Of a stretch of DNA of 64,000 bases, positions 1 through 9,134 are shown in pieces. Within the stretch, counting starts at the first letter, position 1. The number at the start of each line of letters is the position of its first letter. Under the pieces are notes generated by a model, which saw only the letters and a list, made by a program, of their open reading frames with translations, did no database searches and was not told the origin of the DNA. The position numbers and the translations under genes are program-made. The DNA lies in IMG/VR virus record IMGVR_UViG_3300048591_001609; one strand, written 5' to 3'. This stretch comes from an uncultured virus (IMG/VR IMGVR_UViG_3300048591_001609). Taxonomy: Duplodnaviria; Heunggongvirae; Uroviricota; Caudoviricetes.

Positions 1-1089
1 ACCCGCCATTTCCTCTCGGAAGGCGCGCAGGAAAGATATGGCCAAGCGCGCTTTGATGCCATTCGGACCATGGGACGGGTTGCAAAGGAACAGAGTTGCC
101 AGTTCATGTTGGTATGCGGGGATGCCTTCGAATCCAATCTGGTGGACCGGAAGACAGTTGCCCGGGCAATGGAGGCGCTCAAGGAAGTGTCTGTTCCGGT
201 GTTCATCCTGCCAGGGAACCATGACCCGCTAAACGCAGCTTCTGTATATCGTTCGAGCACCTTCATCGAGCGGAAGCCCCCGCAGGTGCAGGTAATTGAG
301 ACCGCCGCACCCATCAAGGTTGCAGAGGGCGTGGAACTGGTTGGCGCGCCGTGGATGTCGAAGCGGCCGGTCGCCAATCCCATTGAGGACACCATCAACA
401 CCCTTGCGCCTGCGACCGGGGTTACCCGCATTTGCATGGGGCACGGTGCAGTCGATACGCTTACGCCAGATCGGGAATCCGCCGGGATCATTTCGGTCTC
501 CGCACTCGAACGATCTATCGGCGAAGAGAAGATTCATTTCGTGGCGCTTGGCGATAGGCATTCTCTGACCAAGGTCGGCGGCGGTGACCGCATCTGGTAT
601 TCCGGGACGCCCGAGGCCACGGATTTTAGGGAAACGCAATCCGGGTATGCTCACGTCGTGGAAATAGGTGACGGTGGCGTAACCACCAAGCCGTTTCAGA
701 TCGGCCAGTGGCAATTCATCGAACGTGAACGCGTTGATCTCAATACCGACGACGACGTGGAAGCGCTACGGAAATCATTGGAGGAAATCGAGAACAAGGA
801 GCGCACGGTTGTTCGGTTAATCCTCGTGGGATCGCTTTCACTGGTCTTGAATGGAGCGCTTCAGAATCACCTGCTCGCCGCGAAGGACGTTTTCGGAGCA
901 TTCGATGTTCGGGATGCAGCACTTCTCGTGCTGCCGGACGACACAGATTTTGCCAACCTGGGATTTTCGGGCTTTGCCAACGGAACCGTGCAGCGTCTTC
1001 GAAGCAAAATCGCGGAAGGCGGAGATGAGGCTACGGTAGCCCGCGAGGCCTTAATGCTGATGCTTCGGCTGGCAAGGGGGACGGCATGA
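1..1089 (+). CDS. Mre11/SbcD-like metallophosphoesterase DNA nuclease (YhaO-like), 5' truncated by window edge
   Basis: Frame open from base 1 (TRHFLSEGAQERYGQARFDAIRTMG...); metallophosphoesterase motifs CGDAFE, LPGNHD, GHG, ALGDRH, YSGTPE; ATGA overlap with downstream ATPase. Confidence 0.9.
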   Translation, partial: TRHFLSEGAQERYGQARFDAIRTMGRVAKEQSCQFMLVCGDAFESNLVDRKTVARAMEALKEVSVPVFILPGNHDPLNAASVYRSSTFIERKPPQVQVIETAAPIKVAEGVELVGAPWMSKRPVANPIEDTINTLAPATGVTRICMGHGAVDTLTPDRESAGIISVSALERSIGEEKIHFVALGDRHSLTKVGGGDRIWYSGTPEATDFRETQSGYAHVVEIGDGGVTTKPFQIGQWQFIERERVDLNTDDDVEALRKSLEEIENKERTVVRLILVGSLSLVLNGALQNHLLAAKDVFGAFDVRDAALLVLPDDTDFANLGFSGFANGTVQRLRSKIAEGGDEATVAREALMLMLRLARGTA

Positions 1090-3719
1090 AATTCATTCGT
1101 CTTCGAGTCGCCAATTACCGGGGCATTGCTGCCGCCGAAGTAAACTTCGGCCCCACTGGCATTACGCTCATGCAGGGGCCGAATGAAGCTGGGAAAACCA
1201 GCCTGGGCGAAGCTATAGGGTTTCTCTTTGAGTACTTGGATTCAAGCAAGCACCGGAATATCGAAGCCATCAAGCCCGTCCACCGGGACGAAGGACCGGA
1301 GATCGAGCTGCAGGCAGAGAGCGGACCTTACGCTTTCAACTACTTCAAGCGGTTCCTCAAGAGACCGGAGACCAAACTCACTATCAGCAAGCCGAAACCC
1401 GAGAACCACACGGGACGCGAAGCACACGAACGCGCCGAGGTCATCCTCCGCGAAACCCTCGACATTGACCTTTGGAAGGCATTGACGATTCAGCAGGGCG
1501 ACGCCATCCACCAGCCCGTCTTGACGAAACAGACATCTCTCTCGGTTGCGCTCGATAAGGCGGCTGGCGGGCGTCCCGCCGATCCTCGGGAAGAAGGTCT
1601 GTTCGACAAGGTACGAGCAGAATACCTTCGATACTCCACCGAACGTGGAGCGGAACGAAAGGAACTCGCGGAGTCCCGCAAGGCACAGACAGACGCCGAA
1701 GCGGAAGTTGCTCGTATCGAGCAAGCAATCCGAGACCTTGACCAGGACATCGAACGCGCGGCCGCTCTTCAGCGTGAACTGGGCCAATTGAAGAAGCAGG
1801 AAGGCGAGCTGACGAAGGCAGTGGCTACCCACAAGGCGTCACTTGAGGAGATAGGCACTCTGGAAAATGCTCTTTCGGCTGCTCGCCTGAAGTTGGAGTC
1901 ATCACAGAAATCTGAGCTGGTCGCCCGCCGAGACAAGGACACGCGCCAAGGACTCATCGATGCGGTCGGCAAAGCCGCCAAAGCGCATGGGGACATTGAG
2001 GAATCCGGCGTCATGTCGCTCTCGGCGTTGAGTCAGGCTGAGGCCAAGCTTAAGGAAGCGGAGAAGGCTTTCGATGAAAGCGACCGGAAGCGAAAGGCGG
2101 CAGATATCCTTGTCGCTCTCCGGCGGACCGATTATGACTACTTCAACAACAAACTTCATCTTGATCAGCTCGGGGAACGCAAGGAACGAATTGACAAAGC
2201 CCGGCAGAATGCCGCCCAAGCGGAGGAGGCGCTGGTCCGAAACAAGATGGACTCCCGCGCTTTGAAGTCAATCCAGGACGCCGAACGTGGTTTGTTGACC
2301 GCCAATGCGCAGTTGCAGACCGGTGCGCCGAGCGTGCTCCTTCGCGGACTGGCCGATTGCCGACTGTCCGTTGACGATACCGAGGTCAACCTCGGCAAGG
2401 GGGAAGTTCGGACGATCTCAGTCGCAGACAAATCCCGGTTGACCATACCCGGCACGTTGGATGTGGAGATCACGGCCGGGTCCAGTGCCGAAGGACTGTC
2501 CAGGAAGGTCGAAGATGCGCGTCGCGCTCTGGATGATGCCTGCGCGAAAGCTGGCGTTTCCAGTCCTGATGAGGCACGGGCGGCATTTGAAGAGCGCCGC
2601 GAAGCAACCCGGCATGTGGAGTCCAAAGCGCAGGTGGAAAAGGATAATCTACGTGACTTGACCTATGAGGAACTGGACGAGAAACTGCTTGGCCTTCAGC
2701 AAACAGTGCCCAGCTATCTAGGCAAGCGCGTGGCCGAACCCGCCATTTGTCCTGATTTGGGATCGGCGAAGACGGAGTGGATAAGTGCTGAGGCGTCACA
2801 ACAGGAGGCGGTCAGCCAGTGGGAATCAGCTCGCGTGTCTCTTGATACCACCCGAAGCGTGTGGGACGGCTTGAATAGTAAGCACCAGGAATCGCGAGTC
2901 CAACTCGACCTATTATCCAAAGATCTCAACCAAGCACGTGAAAACCTCGACCGGGCAAGAAAATGCGTTCCCGATGATACTTTAGAGACGGCACTGGCGA
3001 GCGCGGTCCAGGGCGTGGCTTCAGAAGATACCAGCGTTCGTGCCGCCGAGTCATCACTGAAGGCAAAAAATCCCGAGCGGGTGAAGGTATTGGCCGAGAC
3101 GCCAAAGGGCTCCCTGCTAACGACGCAAACTCGTCGGAATACAGCTCAAACAGAACTGATCGAGGTGCAGACACGGCTTAAAATCCACGGGGAGGAAGGG
3201 CTTCACGAGAAGTTGCACGCAGCCCAGATCGGTCTTGAACGTCTTGGGGCGGTCAACAAATCACTGTTTCGTCGGGCATCTTCAGCAAGATACCTCTTTG
3301 AAACCATGCGCGACGAGCGAGACAGTGCGAGGCGGGCTTATGTGGCTCCGCTCAAGGAGAAGATCGAACAACTTGGGCGTCTGGTTTTCGATGACTCATT
3401 CCAGGTGGACATCAGCGATGAACTGCAAATTGCCAGTCGGACGGTCAAGGGCATCACGGTGCCGTTTGACTCGTTGAGCGGTGGCACCAAGGAACAGCTT
3501 TCACTGATTTTCCGATCCGCCTGTTCGATGATCGTCGCAAAAGATGGTGGAACACCGCTCATCCTGGACGATGCGTTGGGTTATACGGACCCGGAACGGT
3601 TACGTCTCATGGGTGCCGTTCTGGCTCAAGCAGCCAAGGAATGCCAGATCGTGATTTTCACCTGCGTTCCCGACCGGTATGGCAATGTTGGGGAGGCCAC
3701 AGTTGTCGCAATAGGTTGA
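1086..3719 (+). CDS. Rad50/SbcC/YhaN-like coiled-coil ABC ATPase
   Basis: Walker A GPNEAGKTS, long coiled coil, signature LSGGTKEQ, Walker B/D-loop LILDDALGYTD. Confidence 0.9.
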   Translation: MKFIRLRVANYRGIAAAEVNFGPTGITLMQGPNEAGKTSLGEAIGFLFEYLDSSKHRNIEAIKPVHRDEGPEIELQAESGPYAFNYFKRFLKRPETKLTISKPKPENHTGREAHERAEVILRETLDIDLWKALTIQQGDAIHQPVLTKQTSLSVALDKAAGGRPADPREEGLFDKVRAEYLRYSTERGAERKELAESRKAQTDAEAEVARIEQAIRDLDQDIERAAALQRELGQLKKQEGELTKAVATHKASLEEIGTLENALSAARLKLESSQKSELVARRDKDTRQGLIDAVGKAAKAHGDIEESGVMSLSALSQAEAKLKEAEKAFDESDRKRKAADILVALRRTDYDYFNNKLHLDQLGERKERIDKARQNAAQAEEALVRNKMDSRALKSIQDAERGLLTANAQLQTGAPSVLLRGLADCRLSVDDTEVNLGKGEVRTISVADKSRLTIPGTLDVEITAGSSAEGLSRKVEDARRALDDACAKAGVSSPDEARAAFEERREATRHVESKAQVEKDNLRDLTYEELDEKLLGLQQTVPSYLGKRVAEPAICPDLGSAKTEWISAEASQQEAVSQWESARVSLDTTRSVWDGLNSKHQESRVQLDLLSKDLNQARENLDRARKCVPDDTLETALASAVQGVASEDTSVRAAESSLKAKNPERVKVLAETPKGSLLTTQTRRNTAQTELIEVQTRLKIHGEEGLHEKLHAAQIGLERLGAVNKSLFRRASSARYLFETMRDERDSARRAYVAPLKEKIEQLGRLVFDDSFQVDISDELQIASRTVKGITVPFDSLSGGTKEQLSLIFRSACSMIVAKDGGTPLILDDALGYTDPERLRLMGAVLAQAAKECQIVIFTCVPDRYGNVGEATVVAIG

Positions 3720-4178
3720 TATGACGCTGGCTGAACTTGCGACAAACTCACGACTCGACATGCGACATCCGCATTGGGTAGAGTAATTGGGAAATCGAAA
3801 TCAACATCGCTTCCGCCTCACCGGGAACGGCCTGATCTTTGATAACCCGTTTAATATTGAAGGCTTACGACTCAAAGGCCGGATGGAGAACGGTTATGAA
3901 GAGGGTTGCACACGGGGAGCCACTCCCCCGTTCGTACGAATTCCTTTCCCCAATTGGTTAACGGCATCGGCCGATGTGTGCCCGCGCGAATTGCGGCGAA
4001 ATGGCCAGCATTCGCAGGGTCTCGCGACTCTCGCCCTCTCTCTTCGCCTCCTCGTTGAGAGACGCCCGTGGCGCGCAACCTGCCCCTTCTATCGCACTCT
4101 CGCGCAAAATTCTCACTCTCCGGTCTGAGAAAGCCCATTTTTGGTTAACAGCACCCGTTCAGACCGCCGTTCAGCGCG

Positions 4179-4203
4179 TCCCGGCAAAGCCGATTTGCCG
4201 GGA
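4179..4203. repeat. Perfect 10-bp inverted repeat (TCCCGGCAAA-gccga-TTTGCCGGGA) within a longer imperfect hairpin (~4153-4221)
   Basis: Read directly from sequence. Confidence 0.7.
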
Positions 4204-4423
4204 GCGTTCTGACCGACGGGTTCCAGACTCCCGCCAATTGGGCATTTGCCAGCTCTCGCCGACTCTCAACGCCCGCACTCCGGTTTCCATTTTTGCCCCT
4301 CCTTGCGTATGTTTACTGCGGAGGGAGAGACGAACTCTGGTCTCCCTCTCCAAGTTCCAGCCGAACGACCGCGTGGCGGACTTCTGCTGTGGCGCCAAGA
4401 CCACATCAGCGAGGTAGGCCGTC

Positions 4424-4612
4424 TTGCGGATTCCACCCGAGGACTTTCAGTCGATCGCCCGTTTCCTGGCCGCCGGGTATCTCCGGCAACGGGACCGAAA
4501 TCGTTCGCCCGCTTCCCTTGCTACTCCTCCGAAGTCGAGCCCTCATGGACACGAGGTTAACGCCTCCGAGAAAGGAGAGACGAGTGGAACACTCGATCCA
4601 AGAGCAGATTGA
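4424..4612 (+). CDS. Small hypothetical protein upstream of DUF2924 gene
   Basis: 62-aa ORF with amphipathic helix IARFLAAGYLRQR; TTG start; weak support. Confidence 0.3.
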   Translation: MRIPPEDFQSIARFLAAGYLRQRDRNRSPASLATPPKSSPHGHEVNASEKGETSGTLDPRAD

Positions 4613-5102
4613 GGAGCTCGGCCGGATGACGGTCAACCAGCTCCGGGATAAGTACCGGGAGGTATTCGGAGAGGAATCCCGGTCGAATCACAAGCAGTAC
4701 CTCTTCCGCAGGATTGCTTGGCGGATCCAGGCACTGGCGGAAGGTGGTCTTTCGGAACGTGCGCGCCGCCGCGCCCTCGAGATCGCCAACGACGCGGACC
4801 TGCGATTGCGGGCTCCAAAGCCGAAGAATGGCCAGGACCCGAAGTTCGATTCCTACCTGAGCGTGAGCATGCGCGTTCCGCGCGCGCTCGATCCGCGGCT
4901 CCCGCCGCCCGGAGCCTGGCTGGAACGGGAGTTCAAAGGGCAGCGCGTGGCCGTCAAGGTTCGGGTGGATGGCTTCGAGTTCCAGGGGAAGCTCTACCGG
5001 TCGCTGACCGCGATCGCGATGGAGGTCACCGGGACCCACTGGAATGGCTACGCGTTTTTCGGGCTGCCCAGCCCCAAGGAGGCAGCCAATGCCCAGGAGT
5101 AA
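4584..5102 (+). CDS. DUF2924 domain protein
   Basis: GTG start after AAGGAGA RBS; LRDKYREVFGE...LFRRIAWRIQALAEGGLS and C-terminal YRSLTAIAMEVTGTHWNGYAFFGL motifs; typical position upstream of serine recombinase. Confidence 0.85.
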   Translation: MEHSIQEQIEELGRMTVNQLRDKYREVFGEESRSNHKQYLFRRIAWRIQALAEGGLSERARRRALEIANDADLRLRAPKPKNGQDPKFDSYLSVSMRVPRALDPRLPPPGAWLEREFKGQRVAVKVRVDGFEFQGKLYRSLTAIAMEVTGTHWNGYAFFGLPSPKEAANAQE

Positions 5103-6657
5103 CCGTGCGCGCGGTGCTGCCAACCCCGCGCCGGCTTCGGTGATCCGCTGCGCGATCTACACCCGGAAGTCCACCGAGGAAGGCCTGCAACAGGAGTTCA
5201 ACTCGCTGGACGCGCAACGCGAGGCTGCCGAAGCATTCATCCTCAGCCAGAAGAACGAAGGTTGGCAGGTGGTGGAGGATCGCTACGACGATGGCGGTTA
5301 CACCGGCGGCAACATGGAGAGGCCCGCGCTGCAGCGGCTTCTCGCCGACATCAACCAGCGTGCGGTGGATTGCGTGGTGGTGTACAAGGTGGACCGCCTC
5401 AGCCGGTCGCTCCTTGATTTCGCGCGCATCATGGAAGTCTTCGAGAAGCGCGGCATCAGCTTCGTTTCCGTCACCCAGCAGTTCAACACGACGAACTCTC
5501 TGGGCAGGCTCACGCTGAACATCCTGCTCTCCTTCGCCCAGTTTGAACGGGAGATCATCTCGGAGCGCACCCGCGACAAGCTCTCGGCCGCCCGCCGCAA
5601 GGGTAAGTGGATCGGCGGGATGCCCGTGCTTGGCTATGACATCGACCCCAAGGGCGGGAAGCTGCTGGTGAACGCGCACGAAGCCAGAATCGTCCGGGAG
5701 ATGTTCGAACTCTACCTGAAGCACGGATCCATCAGCGGCGTGCTCCAAGAGATCGACGAGCTCGGCTGGCGCACCAAGGAATGGACGACGGCAGCGGGGC
5801 GGAAGATCGAAGGCAAGCGATTCCACAAGAGCACCGTCTACGCCGTGCTGAAGAACGCCCTCTACACCGGTGTGGTGGTGCACAAGGGAGTCGCCTACCC
5901 CGGCGAGCACGAGAGGATCATCGATCAGCGGACCTGGGACCGCACGCAAGCGATGCTGCAGCAGGGCGCGTGCACCCGCGGGGCCGTGGCGAAAAACAAG
6001 TACGGTGCCCTGCTTCGCGGACTGTTGTTCTGCGCTCACTGCGGCACTCCGATGATGCACACGACGACGCAGAACGGGACGCGCCGATACCGTTACTACG
6101 TCTGCTACAAGGCCCAGCAAAAGGGCTGGAAGAACTGCAAGACGAAGTCGGTCCAGGCCGAGGCAATCGAAGGCGCCGTGCTGAACAGCATCCGCCGTCT
6201 GGGAACGGATCCCCATCTGGCAGAGGCCGTCCTCGCCGAATGCATGAACCAACTGAGCCGACGCCGAGAGGAGCTTGTAGCGGAACAGGAGGCCGCGCGA
6301 CGCACTCTGCGACAACTGAACCAGGAACTCGCCCGCCTAGCCGCCGACACGTCCGAGGACTCCGGCGCCCGCTTCGAGCGCATGGGCACGTTGGAATCTG
6401 AGATCCGCAAGACGGCACACCGGTTGGATGGGCTCGCCCGCGACATCCGATCCTGCGAGGAGAACCTCGTCGACCCCGAGGATCTGCGCCGGACACTGGC
6501 AGAGTTCGAAAGCGTCTGGCTCTCCCTGGCCACCCGCGAGCAGGAGCAACTCGTCCAGTTGCTGGTGGCAAAGGTCGGCTACGACGGAGTAACCGGCAAA
6601 GTGACCGTGAACTTCCGCAGCACAGGAGCAAAGGAACTATGCCAAGGAATTCTCTGA
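5089..6657 (+). CDS. Large serine recombinase (integrase)
   Basis: CAIYTRKS catalytic Ser motif, VYKVDRLSRS, FAQFERE, recombinase domain, Zn ribbon CAHCG...YYVC...C, coiled coil; AAGGAGG RBS. Confidence 0.95.
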   Translation: MPRSNRARGAANPAPASVIRCAIYTRKSTEEGLQQEFNSLDAQREAAEAFILSQKNEGWQVVEDRYDDGGYTGGNMERPALQRLLADINQRAVDCVVVYKVDRLSRSLLDFARIMEVFEKRGISFVSVTQQFNTTNSLGRLTLNILLSFAQFEREIISERTRDKLSAARRKGKWIGGMPVLGYDIDPKGGKLLVNAHEARIVREMFELYLKHGSISGVLQEIDELGWRTKEWTTAAGRKIEGKRFHKSTVYAVLKNALYTGVVVHKGVAYPGEHERIIDQRTWDRTQAMLQQGACTRGAVAKNKYGALLRGLLFCAHCGTPMMHTTTQNGTRRYRYYVCYKAQQKGWKNCKTKSVQAEAIEGAVLNSIRRLGTDPHLAEAVLAECMNQLSRRREELVAEQEAARRTLRQLNQELARLAADTSEDSGARFERMGTLESEIRKTAHRLDGLARDIRSCEENLVDPEDLRRTLAEFESVWLSLATREQEQLVQLLVAKVGYDGVTGKVTVNFRSTGAKELCQGIL

Positions 6658-7049
6658 AGAACGCACCTGCTGCTGGCGAATCCGTGCAGGTAGAAACGGT
6701 CATCCCCGTGACCCGCCGAGAGCGGGCGAGGCCGGGCGCGAAGAAGGCCAAGCCGCCCGAACCGGCCGCCCCAAAAATCCCGCGCTTGACCCGACTGATG
6801 GCACTCGCCATCAAGTTCCAGGACATGATCGACCGTGGGGAAGTGAAGGACTACGCCGAGATCGCGGAACTAGGGTACGTCACCCGGGCTCGGGTGACGC
6901 AGATCATGAGCCTCCTGCAATTGGCTCCAGATATTCAGGAGCAAATCCTTTCAGGCGTGCTATCGAAACCTCTCGCTGAAAGGCACATTCGCCGCGTGGT
7001 GTCTGCCGTTGACTGGTGTCAACAGAGGAGGCGGTGGAAGGATGCGTAG
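6639..7049 (+). CDS. Recombinase-associated small HTH-like protein
   Basis: AEIAELGYVTRARVTQIMSLLQLAPDIQEQIL HTH-like segment; overlaps recombinase stop. Confidence 0.75.
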   Translation: MPRNSLKNAPAAGESVQVETVIPVTRRERARPGAKKAKPPEPAAPKIPRLTRLMALAIKFQDMIDRGEVKDYAEIAELGYVTRARVTQIMSLLQLAPDIQEQILSGVLSKPLAERHIRRVVSAVDWCQQRRRWKDA

Positions 7050-7321
7050 TGATACTGATCGTCGTCCTTCAAACCGTTGCCGGTTGTTGGCTCCGAATCC
7101 ACTCCAATATGCTCGGCAGAATCGACCAACGACGAGAACGCCGAGGGTATACCGGGTGGTAGGTTCGAACTACGTTGGCCGGCAGTCCCGGAGCATTAAC
7201 CTTGCAGATTGTGCTTTCAACCATTTTTGCCCTACCGACCACTAGGGCCCACTCTCCCAATCTGTAATACAATAACGCCTGAGCTACCGACGAAATCCGT
7301 AAAACAAAAAGAGAATCCAAC

Positions 7322-8590
7322 TTGCGTCCGAAAACAGCCACACCGCGAACGGAAATCACGAACGTCCGGCTCACTCCCGAGGAACGTTCCGAAATGGAGA
7401 ACGCCTCGCGCCGCCACGGTTTTCCAAGTCTCAGTGAGTATATCCGCTTCCTCCACAACGCGGCGGAACGTGAAGCACATGCCACGAACGGCACGCACGT
7501 CCAATCCGAGCGTTTCGAGAAGCCCAGTCAATTCTTCAGGACTGAGCTAGGGCGTATTTTCAATGGCGATTCGCTCGGTCTGATGCACGAGATGCTGGAG
7601 CCCGAGAGCGTAGACCTCATCATGACGTCGCCGCCGTTTGGGCTTGTCCGCAAGAAAACTTACGGCAATGAAGATGCGGACCGGTACCTCAAGTGGTTTC
7701 GTCCATTCGCCGCAGGGTTCCGAAGGGTCCTAAAAAATTCGGGAAGTCTCGTTATTGACATTGGGGGATCATGGAAATCGGGAACGCCTACCCGATCGCT
7801 GTACCACTTCGACTTGCTAATCATGCTCTGCCGTGAATTTGGGTTTCACTTGTGCCAGGAGCATTATTGGTGGAATCCGGCAAAGCTTCCCACTCCGGCA
7901 GAATGGGTGAATGTTCGCCGCGTGCGGGTCAAGGATGCGGTGAATTGTGTCTGGTGGCTTTCGCCCAGCCCTTGGCCCAAAGCCAACAACCGCCGGGTTC
8001 TCGCCCCTTATAGCGACTCGATGCTCGACTTGCTGGAGAACGGATATCAGGCCAAGCGGCGGCCGTCGGGACATGACATCTCTGATAAATTTGGCCGCGA
8101 CAATGGTGGGGCCGTGCCGCCGAACCTTATTGCCCTTGCGAATACCGAATCCAACGGACGCTATCAGGATTATTGCAGGGAAAACGGACTCCCGATCCAT
8201 CCGGCACGCTATCCGGCGGCGCTTCCGGAGTATTTCATTCGATTCTTGACCGATCCCGGCGATGTCGTGCTCGACCCGTTTGCCGGGTCCTGCGTAACAG
8301 GAGAGGCAAGCGAGTATACCCTACGCAGATGGATCTGTTGCGAACTGTCCAGGCCCTATCTCGAGGGCGCGCGGGTACGGTTCGAAGCACCCATGGAGCG
8401 AAAGACCAAGGAAATCTTTTATAAGATTGCACCGCCCCGCGCCGTCTCCCTAGACGAACAGGAGATCCAGTTGCCGGAAGACGGAGGCCGACGGCGCCCT
8501 GCCCATCTCCTCTCGCGAGCAAAAGCAGTTCCTCGCCCCGTCAATGGTCCCGACAAAGCCCGCACCGTGAAGTCAGAAGGAATCCTGTGA
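7322..8590 (+). CDS. Site-specific DNA methyltransferase, N6_N4_Mtase beta class (SPPF, likely N4-cytosine), with N-terminal RHH-like extension
   Basis: DLIMTSPPF catalytic motif precedes HPARYP and VLDPFAGS SAM-binding motif; N-terminus NVRLTPEERSEMENASRRHGFPSLSEYIR is RHH-like; start uncertain (TTG). Confidence 0.9.
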   Translation: MRPKTATPRTEITNVRLTPEERSEMENASRRHGFPSLSEYIRFLHNAAEREAHATNGTHVQSERFEKPSQFFRTELGRIFNGDSLGLMHEMLEPESVDLIMTSPPFGLVRKKTYGNEDADRYLKWFRPFAAGFRRVLKNSGSLVIDIGGSWKSGTPTRSLYHFDLLIMLCREFGFHLCQEHYWWNPAKLPTPAEWVNVRRVRVKDAVNCVWWLSPSPWPKANNRRVLAPYSDSMLDLLENGYQAKRRPSGHDISDKFGRDNGGAVPPNLIALANTESNGRYQDYCRENGLPIHPARYPAALPEYFIRFLTDPGDVVLDPFAGSCVTGEASEYTLRRWICCELSRPYLEGARVRFEAPMERKTKEIFYKIAPPRAVSLDEQEIQLPEDGGRRRPAHLLSRAKAVPRPVNGPDKARTVKSEGIL

Positions 8591-8591
8591 C

Positions 8592-9134
8592 ATGTCTGAA
8601 GCCGCAAATGGAAGGCTCTCGATTGAAGATCTGCATAAGACATTCGTCAAGGCCCTCGATCCAGCCGTTTCTTGTCACAGCGACCTGGAGAAAAAACCTC
8701 TCGAAATAGACCTCACTGGCCCGCTTCCGCCCAAACTGCGGGTCTACATGTACAACGCGACCTACCCGCCAGGCGGTCGGACTATGGGCGAGCACAAGAT
8801 ACAACTCATTGCGCCAGGCCAGGACCGCCGCGAACGCGGCAATTTCGACAGTTCCGGCGGACGCATCCCTTTGCTTGTTGGCTATCGTCAAGACCTTGGA
8901 ATCTTCATGCTGTGGGATGCTGAGCTTTATGTAGACTTCTCTTATTCCCGCAATGTACAAGTGAAACCCGAAACCGTGTACGAAGCATTTGCACACGGTA
9001 TCGCAAGACAGAAACGTAACCTCTGGAAACAATCCCCGGAGATCGTGATCGCCGCCGATGCCCGACACCTTACTCAGGCAATTCTCGAACGGCAGCATGA
9101 GACGATTATGCGCCTCGTGGGAGGCAACACATGA
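8592..9134 (+). CDS. Methyltransferase-associated hypothetical protein (possibly MTaX1-like)
   Basis: 180-aa ORF tightly coupled between MTase and helicase; LRVYMYN..GGR..GEHKIQL..LLVGY..FMLWD pattern; family assignment from recall only. Confidence 0.7.
   Translation: MSEAANGRLSIEDLHKTFVKALDPAVSCHSDLEKKPLEIDLTGPLPPKLRVYMYNATYPPGGRTMGEHKIQLIAPGQDRRERGNFDSSGGRIPLLVGYRQDLGIFMLWDAELYVDFSYSRNVQVKPETVYEAFAHGIARQKRNLWKQSPEIVIAADARHLTQAILERQHETIMRLVGGNT

Noticed and set aside
3878..3886. GCCGGATGG also at 60888-60896 as an attL/attR core
   Set aside because: A 9-bp GC-rich match is expected by chance, and the right copy lies inside a coding region; serine integrases need no long core
3720..4130. 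ORFs in the gap after the Rad50-like gene
   Set aside because: Short, no RBS or motifs, inconsistent frames; possibly a decayed gene but not supportable
7085..7175. tRNA remnant (TGGCTCCG, GGTTCGAA)
   Set aside because: No cloverleaf can be built; fragments too short
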